Shown here: positions 1 to 8,732 of the stretch, piece by piece
Position numbering within the stretch: the first letter of the stretch is position 1
How the letters are laid out: the number at the start of each line of letters is the position of its first letter
Origin: an uncultured Gemmatimonadales bacterium
GTDB taxonomy: Bacteria; Gemmatimonadota; Gemmatimonadetes; Gemmatimonadales; GWC2-71-9
Assembly: GCA_963828735.1 (NCBI GenBank)
Contig: CAWHFW010000005.1
Span: 1,088,001 to 1,152,000, forward strand
Direction of reading: 5' to 3'
Length of the DNA stretch: 64,000 bases
Made by a program: the position numbers and the translations under genes
Notes under the pieces: generated by a model
The model's input: the letters and a program-made list of their open reading frames with translations, nothing else
Database searches by the model: none
What the model was told of the DNA's origin: nothing

Positions 1-2
1 TC

Positions 3-299
3 GTAGTCGTGACGGCGGGCAGCGGCCAGAGCTGCGGCGTGACGGTGGCCGGGAGCGGCTTCTGCTGGGGGGCGAACGGCGCCGGCCAGCTCGGAGAGGG
101 GACCACCACGCTCCGGATCAGGCCGTTCCCGCTCGCGGTGGACCTGCACCTCCGCTCGGTGACGGCGGGCGCGACGTTTTCCTGTGGGGTGACTACGGGC
201 AATCACGCGTGGTGCTGGGGCGAGAACTTCAACGGCGAAGTCGGCGACGGCACCGACGACATGAGGCTCGTGCCCACGCCGGTGGCGGGCCCGAACTGA
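3..299 (+). CDS. RCC1/BLIP-II repeat protein, C-terminal part (5' end outside window)
   Basis: Two repeats of VTAG..xSCGVT..G..WCWGxNxxG(Q/E)(L/V)G(E/D)GT; frame open from the window edge. Confidence 0.85.
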   Translation, partial: VVVTAGSGQSCGVTVAGSGFCWGANGAGQLGEGTTTLRIRPFPLAVDLHLRSVTAGATFSCGVTTGNHAWCWGENFNGEVGDGTDDMRLVPTPVAGPN

Positions 300-308
300 G
301 ACGAGAGC

Positions 309-2276
309 CTAGCCCGCGCCGGTCAGCCGGCGCACCCGTTCGGCCAGCGTGTCGGGCGAAAACGGCTTGGGCAGGAAGTGCTGGCCGGGGTCGAGCAGCC
401 CGCGGCGGACCACCTCGTCGTCGGTGTAGCCCGAGATGAACAGCAGCGGCGCCGGCCGGGGCTGGCGCTCGGCCAGCTGCCGCGCCAGCTCGCGCCCGCC
501 CATGATCGGCATCGCAAGGTCGGTGATGACGAGGCGGAGATTGCCGTCGAGCCCTCGCTGCTCGAACAGCTCCAGCGCCTCGGCGCCGTTCGCCGCCTCG
601 ATCACCTCGTAGCCTTCCTCGGCCATCGCCCGCGCCACCATCTGTCGAACCGGCTCCTCATCCTCCACCACGAGGGCGATGCCGCGCGAAGTCCGCCGCG
701 GCGTCACCGTGGCGGCCGGCGTCGCCACCGAGGCGGCGGCCAGCGGGGCCTCGGCATGCGGCAGATAGATGGTGAACACGGCGCCGGCCCCCGGCGCGCT
801 CTCGGCCGAGATGTACCCACCGCTCTGTCGGACGATGCCGTAGACCGTCGAGAGGCCCAGGCCGGTGCCGTGTCCGACGGGCTTGGTGGTGAAGAACGGC
901 TCGAACGCGCGGCGCAGGGTGGGCGGGTCCATGCCGACCCCGGTGTCGCTCACCCGGAGGAAGACGTACGGCCCGGGCTGCGCCTCCGCGCCGTTGTCGG
1001 CTCCGTTGCCCGCGCGGAGATCCGCGGGGCCGGTCTCGATCCGCAGCACGCCTCCGTCCGGCATCGCGTCCCGCGCATTGAAGGCGAGGTTGAGCAGCGA
1101 CTGGATCACCTGGCCCCGGTCCGCCAGCACCCCGGCATGCTCGCCCGCGAGCGCGATCTCGATCTGCACCGCCGCTCCGACGGTCCGCGCGAGGATCGTC
1201 TCCATTTCCCGGACCACCTCGTTCAGGTCGAGCGGCTCGGGGCGCAGCATCTGCCGCCGCCCGAACGCGAGGAGCTGACCGGTGACCGTGGCGCTGCGGC
1301 TCGCGGCCTCACGGATGTGGTCCAGGTCTTCCCTGGCCCATGGCGGCAGATCGCCCCGGCGGAGCAGATAGGAGGCGGCGCCGAGCACGACGGTCATCTG
1401 GTTGTTCACCTCGTGGGCCACGCCACCGGCGAGCTTGCCCACCGCGTCCATCCGCTGCGCCTCCTCGAGCTGCTGCAGGGTACGGCGCTCGTCGGTCATG
1501 TCGCGGAAGAAGACGGCGGCACCGCCCGCGGTGGGATACGCATGGAGCTCCAGCCATCGGCCGTAGGCCTCGTGGAAGTGCCCCACGGTGGCTGGGACGC
1601 GATCGGCCATGACGCCGCGGAGCCGCTCCTCGACCCCGCTACCTGCGGTGTCGGGCCAGAGCTCCCACGCGGTGCGGCCGAGGAGCGCCGTGCGCGGCAT
1701 CCCGCGGGTCTCGAAGAACGCGGCCGCCTGCGCGTTGACGTAATCCACCCGCCAGTCGCGATCGAAACCCACGTAGGCGTCGGTGGTGGACTCGAGCACG
1801 GAGCGGAGAGCCGATTCGGCGGCCTCGCGGCGCGCCATTTCGGCCTCGAGCACCGTCGCCCGAACCGCTTCTCGTCGGGCGCTCCGCTCGGCACGACGGC
1901 GGCTCGCGTGCTGGGCCGTGCCGAGGCCGATCAGCAGGAGGTTGTTGAGGACGTTGATGCCGAGGGCGGTGACGGCCTCACGATCGAGGGGCACCACGCT
2001 GGCGGCGGTCGGGCTGAGCAGGAAGTACCAGATACCGATCGTGCCCCAGATGAGCGTCGCAAGGCCCGGACCGAATCCGCCGTACCACGTGGCGAAGCCC
2101 ACCCCGACGAAGAGGGTGATGAACGGGTATCCGGCCGGCAGGATCGGGACGAGGGCGAAGCGCAGGCCCACGATGAGCGCGGCACAGCCGAGGGCCACGA
2201 GATAGCTGGGCCAGCCGTGGGCGCCGTGGAGCAGGTGATAGGTCGTGCCGCGGGTGTCGGTCGTCTCGTCGGGCAT
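309..2276 (-). CDS. Hybrid sensor histidine kinase (DUF4118-like membrane domain, PAS, HisKA, HATPase, receiver)
   Basis: LAGGVAHEVNN H-box, FEPFFTTK..GTGLGL G-box, C-terminal VVEDE..DLAMP..KPF receiver. Confidence 0.92.
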   Translation of the reverse strand: MPDETTDTRGTTYHLLHGAHGWPSYLVALGCAALIVGLRFALVPILPAGYPFITLFVGVGFATWYGGFGPGLATLIWGTIGIWYFLLSPTAASVVPLDREAVTALGINVLNNLLLIGLGTAQHASRRRAERSARREAVRATVLEAEMARREAAESALRSVLESTTDAYVGFDRDWRVDYVNAQAAAFFETRGMPRTALLGRTAWELWPDTAGSGVEERLRGVMADRVPATVGHFHEAYGRWLELHAYPTAGGAAVFFRDMTDERRTLQQLEEAQRMDAVGKLAGGVAHEVNNQMTVVLGAASYLLRRGDLPPWAREDLDHIREAASRSATVTGQLLAFGRRQMLRPEPLDLNEVVREMETILARTVGAAVQIEIALAGEHAGVLADRGQVIQSLLNLAFNARDAMPDGGVLRIETGPADLRAGNGADNGAEAQPGPYVFLRVSDTGVGMDPPTLRRAFEPFFTTKPVGHGTGLGLSTVYGIVRQSGGYISAESAPGAGAVFTIYLPHAEAPLAAASVATPAATVTPRRTSRGIALVVEDEEPVRQMVARAMAEEGYEVIEAANGAEALELFEQRGLDGNLRLVITDLAMPIMGGRELARQLAERQPRPAPLLFISGYTDDEVVRRGLLDPGQHFLPKPFSPDTLAERVRRLTGAG

Positions 2277-2484
2277 GGGCGCGTGGCGACGGTCGAAAAC
2301 AGGAAAGTAGCCGTGTCCGTTCCAGCTTCATACACCGCCGCGCGACCGGGCCGCGGGCGATGTGGAGGCCGCACAGCAGGTTGGGTTCCGCCCCCGCTTA
2401 GGCGAGCGCTCGCCCGGAGCCGACCGAACGCCGCGGCCCCGCGGAGGTGCTAGATTGGGTCGGACCCAGCCATCGAGCCCCCGT

Positions 2485-4314
2485 TTGACCACCGACCTGC
2501 GCGAGCAACTCCAACGTTCACTTGGCGATGCGTACCACCTCGAGCACGAGCTCGGGGGCGGCGGCATGTCGCGGGTGTTCGTGGCGACGGAGGTCGCGCT
2601 GGGGCGGCAGGTCGTGGTGAAGGTGCTGCTGCCCGAGCTCGCGGCGGGCGTGAGCGTGGACCGGTTCCGCCGCGAGATCCAGCTGGCCGCTCAGCTTCAG
2701 CACCCGCACATCGTCCCGCTGCTCACCGCCGGCGAGTCGTCGGGCCTCCCATACTTCACGATGCCGTTCGTGGACGGCGAATCGCTCCGGGCCCGCCTGC
2801 ACCGTGACCGCGAGCTGCCGGTCGCCCAGGCGATCCGGCTGCTACGCGACGTCGCCTCCGCGCTCGACTACGCGCACGGCCGCGGCGTGGTGCACCGCGA
2901 CATCAAGCCGGACAACGTGCTGCTGACCCACGGCGTGGCGGTGGTGACCGACTTCGGCGTGGCCAAGGCGCTCACCGCGTCCGCCGGCGCAAGCCCCGAG
3001 AAGTCGCCCGGGCTCACGTCCATGGGCGTGACGCTCGGCACGCCGACGTACATGGCGCCCGAGCAGGCCTCGGCCGACCCCGCCATGGACCACCGGGTGG
3101 ACGTCTACGCGTTCGGCATCATGGCGTACGAGATGCTGACGGGCCAGCCGCCGTTCGCCGGGCGGTCGCCCCAGGCGATCCTGGGCGCCCATCTCGCCGC
3201 GCTGCCCGAGCCGGTGACGGCCCATAGGCCAGGCCTCCCGCCCGGCCTCGCGAGCATGATCATGCGGTGCCTGGAGAAGCACGCGGCGGACCGGCCGCAG
3301 ACGGCCGGGGACCTGATCGCGGTGCTCGACAACCTGACGACGCCGAGCGGCGGGACCGTGCCGGTGTACGCCGCCACGGTCCCGGTGCGCAAATCCGGCG
3401 TGTCAAAGACGCAGCCGCGCGGGCGCCGGGCCACGATCCTCCTGGCGACCGCGGCCGCGGTAGGGTTCGCCGCGTGGATCTGGAGCGCGCGCCCGCGAAC
3501 GAAACCGGCCGCGGACGCGCCGGCGGCGACCGCGTCGATCCCGGCGCCCGTGACACCCACCCCGCCGACTGACTCGGCGCGGTCCGAGACCGGGTCCACG
3601 GCCACACCGGCGAGCGAGCCCGAGCCGGCGCCCGCCACCCGGCTGCCCGCGGCGGCGCAGACGGCGCCGAAGAAGAGCGCGAGCGCGGACGCGGCCCTGC
3701 TTGCCCGCCTGCGCGGCGAGGCGCGGACCGCCCGCCAGCGCGCGGCCAGCCAGGGCGCGGCGGGCGACGTGCTCGCGCGGGGCGACAGCGCCGTCGCCCG
3801 CGCGGACTCGCTCGAGAAGGCCCACCGACCCACCGAGGCGGGCGCCGAGCTCTCGGTGGCGATCGCCATCTGGCGCAACGCGCCCGCGGCTCCCGCCATC
3901 GCGCCGCCCGCTCCCGAGCCGGCCGTCGCGGCGCCCGTTCCGCCCAGCGCGCCGCCGGTGTCGCCCGCGCCGCCCGTGCCGCCACCCGATCCCGCACCGA
4001 AGATCCGGGCGCTGTTCGACGCCTACGCCGCCGCGGTCGAGACCCGGAGCATCGACGCGATTCGCGCGGCGTATCCCGGGATCACCGACAAGCAGGTGAA
4101 CGACTGGCGGCAGTTCTTCAAGGCGGTGAACGACATCCGGGTGGGGCTGCAGGTGACGAAGCTCGACGTCCGGGGCGACGTGGGCGACGTCGAGCTGGCC
4201 GGCGTCTACGTCTTCAGCGATCCGGGCACCCGCCGCACTCGCGAGGACAGCGTGAGCTTCCACTCGACGGTGCGGCGCGACGCCCGGGGCTGGCGGATCG
4301 AATCCCTCCACTGA
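2485..4314 (+). CDS. Ser/Thr protein kinase with TM segment, Pro/Ala linker and NTF2-like C-terminal domain
   Basis: GGGGMS, VVVK, HRDIKPDN, DFG, APE motifs; probable TTG start at 2485 (ORF open from 2362). Confidence 0.9.
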   Translation: MTTDLREQLQRSLGDAYHLEHELGGGGMSRVFVATEVALGRQVVVKVLLPELAAGVSVDRFRREIQLAAQLQHPHIVPLLTAGESSGLPYFTMPFVDGESLRARLHRDRELPVAQAIRLLRDVASALDYAHGRGVVHRDIKPDNVLLTHGVAVVTDFGVAKALTASAGASPEKSPGLTSMGVTLGTPTYMAPEQASADPAMDHRVDVYAFGIMAYEMLTGQPPFAGRSPQAILGAHLAALPEPVTAHRPGLPPGLASMIMRCLEKHAADRPQTAGDLIAVLDNLTTPSGGTVPVYAATVPVRKSGVSKTQPRGRRATILLATAAAVGFAAWIWSARPRTKPAADAPAATASIPAPVTPTPPTDSARSETGSTATPASEPEPAPATRLPAAAQTAPKKSASADAALLARLRGEARTARQRAASQGAAGDVLARGDSAVARADSLEKAHRPTEAGAELSVAIAIWRNAPAAPAIAPPAPEPAVAAPVPPSAPPVSPAPPVPPPDPAPKIRALFDAYAAAVETRSIDAIRAAYPGITDKQVNDWRQFFKAVNDIRVGLQVTKLDVRGDVGDVELAGVYVFSDPGTRRTREDSVSFHSTVRRDARGWRIESLH

Positions 4315-5649
4315 TCAGAAGGCGTACTCGGCCCCGACCGTCCACAGGACGTCGGGGCGCATGCCTCCGCGGTTGAGCGGGAAGATGCCGTTGGTGAGGA
4401 ACGTCACGCCCGCCGGCAGGGTGAACTTCATGCCGAACGACACGTCGAGCAGATCGTCGCGCTCCTCGGGGATGGACGACGCGTCGATCGTGCGCTTGAA
4501 TGGCGCGTCGATCGTGACGTCGCTCGGCACCGCCAGGTGGCTGGTCCCGACCTGGAACTCCGAGATGAAGTCGGCCGCCAGGGTGGCCCACGGCGCGAGG
4601 AGCTGGTCGAAGCCGGCGGTGAGCAGGAACGCGTCGGTCGCGAGCGAATCGCTCCGCCACTGGTAGCCGACATTCACGTGCGGCGAGAAGGACCCGAGCC
4701 GCGCCGACACGATGCCGAGCCCGCGCAGGGACACCGAGCCCGCGCCCAGCAGGTCGGCCTCGCTTCCCGTCGGAAAGCGCCCGTCCGCCAGCACCGCGAT
4801 CGAGACCGGTGTCGCCTCTCGCAGATTCACCTTCACCCGCGCCGACACGTCGCCGAGCCCCGACGACGAGCCCTCCGAGAACCGCGACGCGGTGAAGACG
4901 GGATTGTCCTCCGTGCCCGAGAAGAAGTGCGGAGGCGGCCGGTTCACGCCGAACGGCACGATGGCCGCGTTGCTCGTGCCCCTGAGCGACGTCTGGACGA
5001 ACGGCACCACGACGCCGAAGTCGATCCGATTGGTGACGCCGTAGGTCATGAGCAGCGACGTGACCGCCACCGAGACGTCGAGGCTCAGGTTGAAGTCGAT
5101 GGTCTCGTTCTCGAGCTCGGGCACGCCGTAGATGGAGCAGTCGCCGTTGAAGATCGAGTCGCAGCCGGGGAAGTCCACGTTCGCGTGGGTGAAGGTGAAC
5201 TTCACGTTGTCGAGCGGGACGCCGCGGAGCGTCGTGTAGCTGAGGCCGCTCCGGCCAAGGGCCACGAACAGTCGGCCGCGGCCCATGGTCTGCGCCCGCT
5301 CGGCGTAGATCGGGCCGGCGGAAATCGAGGTACGCACGGGCGCCGCACCCTCGAAGCGGAACGTCTCGCCGCCGCTCGACGCGCTGAACGGGATGTTGGC
5401 GACGTTGGTGCTGATCGAGTTGGTGAGAAACGAGATGATGGTCGCATTCCCGGCGACGGCGGAAGGCACGAAATGCATGCCGTGAACCGAGATGGCCGGG
5501 TTGGCGGCCGCGGCCGAGCCGCCGAGGACGAGGACATCGTCACCGGTACCGAAGATGAACAGGTCGCGGAGGTGATCCTCCAGTGCCTGCGCGCGGAGCG
5601 GCGCGGTCGCCGCACCCGCGAGCAGGAGCGACCCAAGCAGAGTGCGCAC
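4315..5649 (-). CDS. Secreted outer-membrane beta-barrel protein (MetA-pathway/transporter-like)
   Basis: GTG start with signal peptide (..APLRA|Q), GLGDVS and PTG motifs, alternating strands, C-terminal YAF. Confidence 0.65.
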   Translation of the reverse strand: MRTLLGSLLLAGAATAPLRAQALEDHLRDLFIFGTGDDVLVLGGSAAAANPAISVHGMHFVPSAVAGNATIISFLTNSISTNVANIPFSASSGGETFRFEGAAPVRTSISAGPIYAERAQTMGRGRLFVALGRSGLSYTTLRGVPLDNVKFTFTHANVDFPGCDSIFNGDCSIYGVPELENETIDFNLSLDVSVAVTSLLMTYGVTNRIDFGVVVPFVQTSLRGTSNAAIVPFGVNRPPPHFFSGTEDNPVFTASRFSEGSSSGLGDVSARVKVNLREATPVSIAVLADGRFPTGSEADLLGAGSVSLRGLGIVSARLGSFSPHVNVGYQWRSDSLATDAFLLTAGFDQLLAPWATLAADFISEFQVGTSHLAVPSDVTIDAPFKRTIDASSIPEERDDLLDVSFGMKFTLPAGVTFLTNGIFPLNRGGMRPDVLWTVGAEYAF

Positions 5650-5696
5650 GGGCCCTCCGAATGACCGATGTGATTCCAACGCCGCGTCGCGGGCAA

Positions 5697-6179
5697 TCAC
5701 CCGTGACTGGTGCGCACCCCGCGGACCAGATCCACCGCATGCTCGACGAGGTCGTTCAGCACCGCGAGCCCATCCCGCACACCGCCCGTGCTGCCGGGCA
5801 GGTTCACGATGAGCGTGCGGCCGCGCACGCCCGCGATGCCACGCGAGAGCGCGGCGCGAGGGAACCGGGGATAGACCGTCATCCGGAGCGCCTCGGCGAT
5901 CCCCGGCGCCTCCTTGTCGACGACCGCGCGCGTGGCCTCGGGGGTCACGTCCCGCTCGGTGAGGCCGGTGCCGCCAGTGGTCAGGACGAGGTCCGCCGAA
6001 TCGGCGTCCGCCCAGGCGGCCAGCACCGCCACGATCCGTGCGGTCTCGTCGGGGACGAGCTCGCGCGCGGCCAGGGCATAGCCGTGCTCGGCCGCCCATG
6101 CAGCGATGGCGTCGCCCGAGGTGTCGGCGCGCTCACCGCGATGGCCGGCGTCGCTGATGGTCAGGATGGCAAGACGCAT
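5697..6179 (-). CDS. mog: MogA/MoaB family molybdenum cofactor biosynthesis protein
   Basis: LTISD, TTGGTGLTERDVTPEA, SRGIAG, NLPGS motifs; start trimmed to MRLAILT. Confidence 0.92.
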   Translation of the reverse strand: MRLAILTISDAGHRGERADTSGDAIAAWAAEHGYALAARELVPDETARIVAVLAAWADADSADLVLTTGGTGLTERDVTPEATRAVVDKEAPGIAEALRMTVYPRFPRAALSRGIAGVRGRTLIVNLPGSTGGVRDGLAVLNDLVEHAVDLVRGVRTSHG

Positions 6180-6202
6180 GGGCGGCAGTTCCCGACGGCC
6201 CG

Positions 6203-7309
6203 CTACTTCTTCACGCTCCCTTTGGTCCAGAACGGGAGCTTCACGACCTCCGCGGGGATCCGCTCGCCGCGGCACTCCACCTCGAACCTGGTGCCGGGCT
6301 TGGCCACGGCGGCCGGGAGATAGGTCGTACCGATGCCGGCGCCGATCGACGGGCTCAAGGTACCGCTCCGGACGACGTCGACCTCGCGGCCGTCGTAGTG
6401 CACCGGGTACCCGTGTCGCGGGAAGCTGCGGCCTTCGAGCCTGAAGCCGACGAGCCGCCGGGTCACGCCGCGCCGCTTCTGCGCGCTCAGCGCCTCGAGC
6501 CCGAGGAACGGCGCGCCCTTGTCCAGCTTGACGATCCAGCCGAGGTTCGCCTCGAGCGGCGTGACGGTATCGTCGATCTCGTTTCCGTAGAGCGCGTAGC
6601 CCATCTCGAGCCGGAGGGAGTCGCGCGCGCCGAGGCCGATCGGCTGCGCGCCGGCCGCCACGATCGCATCCCACAGCGCCACCGTGTCGCGGTCCCTGCA
6701 GTAGAGCTCGAACCCGTCCTCGCCGGTGTACCCGGTGCGGGAGATGAAGCACTGCGCGCCCGCGATCTTCCCGGTCGCGAAGTGGTAGTACGCGATTTCC
6801 GCGAGCGGCGTGTCGGTAAGCGGCTGCAGGATCTCCTGGGTGCGCGGTCCCTGCACGGCGAGCAGTCCCACCTCGGCGGAGATGTCCTTGAGACGGACGT
6901 TGATGCCGCCCTTCTGCCCGACGATGTGCTCCCACGCCCTGGCCGTGTTCGAGGCGTTCACCACGATCATCAGCTTGTCGTCGAACCGGTAGACCGTGCA
7001 GTCGTCCACGAACGTGCCCTCGGGCGTGAGGAGCGCCGAGTACTGGACCCCGCCGGGCTCGAGGCGGGACACGTCGTTGCTGGTGATCCGGTTGACGAAG
7101 GCGTTCCGGTCGGGGCCGGTGATCTCGAACTCGCCCATGTGCGAGACGTCGAAGATGCCGACGCCGCTCCGCACGGCATGGTGCTCGGCGAGGATGCCGG
7201 AGGGATATTGGACGGGCATCTCCCACCCGGCGAACGGCACCATCTTGGCGAAGAGCGCCTTGTGCCGGCCGTAGAGCGAGGTGCGCTGAAGCGTAGTCGA
7301 AGCGGTCAC
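6203..7309 (-). CDS. gcvT: Glycine cleavage system aminomethyltransferase T
   Basis: FAGWEMPVQY, FDVSHMGE, SRTGYTGEDGFE, GLGARDSLRLE; GTG start overlaps argF stop (GTGA). Confidence 0.96.
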   Translation of the reverse strand: MTASTTLQRTSLYGRHKALFAKMVPFAGWEMPVQYPSGILAEHHAVRSGVGIFDVSHMGEFEITGPDRNAFVNRITSNDVSRLEPGGVQYSALLTPEGTFVDDCTVYRFDDKLMIVVNASNTARAWEHIVGQKGGINVRLKDISAEVGLLAVQGPRTQEILQPLTDTPLAEIAYYHFATGKIAGAQCFISRTGYTGEDGFELYCRDRDTVALWDAIVAAGAQPIGLGARDSLRLEMGYALYGNEIDDTVTPLEANLGWIVKLDKGAPFLGLEALSAQKRRGVTRRLVGFRLEGRSFPRHGYPVHYDGREVDVVRSGTLSPSIGAGIGTTYLPAAVAKPGTRFEVECRGERIPAEVVKLPFWTKGSVKK

Positions 7310-8217
7310 GTGGTGCCCCCCATCAATGTCGCCATCAGGGCCTTCTGGACGTGCAGCCGGTTCTCGGCCTCGTCCCAGACCCGCGACTGCGGGCCCTCGA
7401 GCACGTCCTCCGATACCTCCTCGCCGCGGTGGGCGGGGAGGCAGTGGAGAAAGATGGCCGAAGGGTCGGCGAGCCGCATGAGGTCGCCGTCCACCAGATA
7501 GCCCTGGAATGCCTTGGCGCGGATTTCCTGCTCCTGCTCCTGGCCCATCGAGGCCCATACGTCGGTGGTGACGACGTGCGCGCCGCGCGCGGCCTCCCTC
7601 GGATCGCGGGTGACCACGATGGTGGCCTTGCCCTCGTTGCGCCTGAGGATCTCGGCGTTGGGCCGGTAGCCGTCGGGGCAGGCGAGCCGCAGCTCGAAGC
7701 CCAGGCTGCCCGCCGCGTTGATCCAGCTGTTGGCCATGTTGTTGCCGTCCCCGATCCAGGCGACCGTCTTCCCTTCCCAGCCGCCCAGGCTCTCGCGCAC
7801 GGTCATGAGGTCGGCGAGCACCTGGCAGGGGTGCAGCAGGTCGGTGAGGCCGTTGATGACCGGGATCGATCCGTACTTCGCCAGCTCCTCGACGTCGGCG
7901 TGGTCGTAGGTCCGGATCATGATGGCGTCGAGGTAACGCGAGAGCACGCGCGCGGTGTCGCGGATCGGCTCACCTCGGCCGAGCTGGATGTCGCGGGACG
8001 ACAGGAAGAGCGCGTGCCCGCCAAGCTGGTAGGCGCCGACCTCGAAGGAGACGCGGGTACGGGTCGAGCTCTTGGCGAAGATCATCCCGAGCGTCTTGCC
8101 GGCGAGAGGCCGCTCGCGGTACTCGCGCCGCTTCATCCTCGCGGCGAGATCGAACAGGGTGAGCAGCTCGGGCCGGGTGAAGTCGGGGATCGCGAGGAAG
8201 TGCCGCGGTCGGGTCAT
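7306..8217 (-). CDS. argF: Ornithine carbamoyltransferase
   Basis: STRTRVSF, HPCQ, SMG, HCLP and AENR motifs. Confidence 0.96.
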   Translation of the reverse strand: MTRPRHFLAIPDFTRPELLTLFDLAARMKRREYRERPLAGKTLGMIFAKSSTRTRVSFEVGAYQLGGHALFLSSRDIQLGRGEPIRDTARVLSRYLDAIMIRTYDHADVEELAKYGSIPVINGLTDLLHPCQVLADLMTVRESLGGWEGKTVAWIGDGNNMANSWINAAGSLGFELRLACPDGYRPNAEILRRNEGKATIVVTRDPREAARGAHVVTTDVWASMGQEQEQEIRAKAFQGYLVDGDLMRLADPSAIFLHCLPAHRGEEVSEDVLEGPQSRVWDEAENRLHVQKALMATLMGGTT

Positions 8218-8336
8218 AGCGCTGGGGCTGGAGGGCCGGATCTCGAGGTCGGGCGCATTGTAGTCGGGGCCGGGACGGGGCACCAGTCCCGCGCCGCGGA
8301 GGCGGCGCGGGTTGGCGAGCCGAGGAGCTGGCGAGC

Positions 8337-8732
8337 CTACTGTCCGGCGCCTGCCTGATCGGCCAGCCTGTCGAGCCACTCGGTGTAGCCCGTTTTCTGC
8401 ACGTCGGCGAATAGCTCCTTCATCACCTGCTCCGAGCGGCGAGCCATTTCTTCCCACGGAATCGTGTCCGGCTTGGGGTTGATGTAGCGCTCGTGGTCAC
8501 GGACCGTCTTGCAGAACTCGGGGGACGCAAACTGGTAGAACTCCTGGAGAGCGAGGGTGACGTACTTGAGCTTGCGTGACAGGTCGAAGCAGAACGTCGC
8601 GAGCATGTAGAAGCGCTCGTCCGGATCAGTCCCAACGGAGTCCAGCTTCGGGGTGAGTCCCCGCGTGTGGCCATCGGTGCCAATGGCGATCTTGCCGAGT
8701 GCTTGCGCGGTGGCGGTCTGGTCGGGACTCAT
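8337..8732 (-). CDS. Orphan 131-aa helical protein downstream of a kinase
   Basis: AGGAG RBS before ATG; protein-like composition unlike the GC-rich shadow ORFs. Confidence 0.7.
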   Translation of the reverse strand: MSPDQTATAQALGKIAIGTDGHTRGLTPKLDSVGTDPDERFYMLATFCFDLSRKLKYVTLALQEFYQFASPEFCKTVRDHERYINPKPDTIPWEEMARRSEQVMKELFADVQKTGYTEWLDRLADQAGAGQ

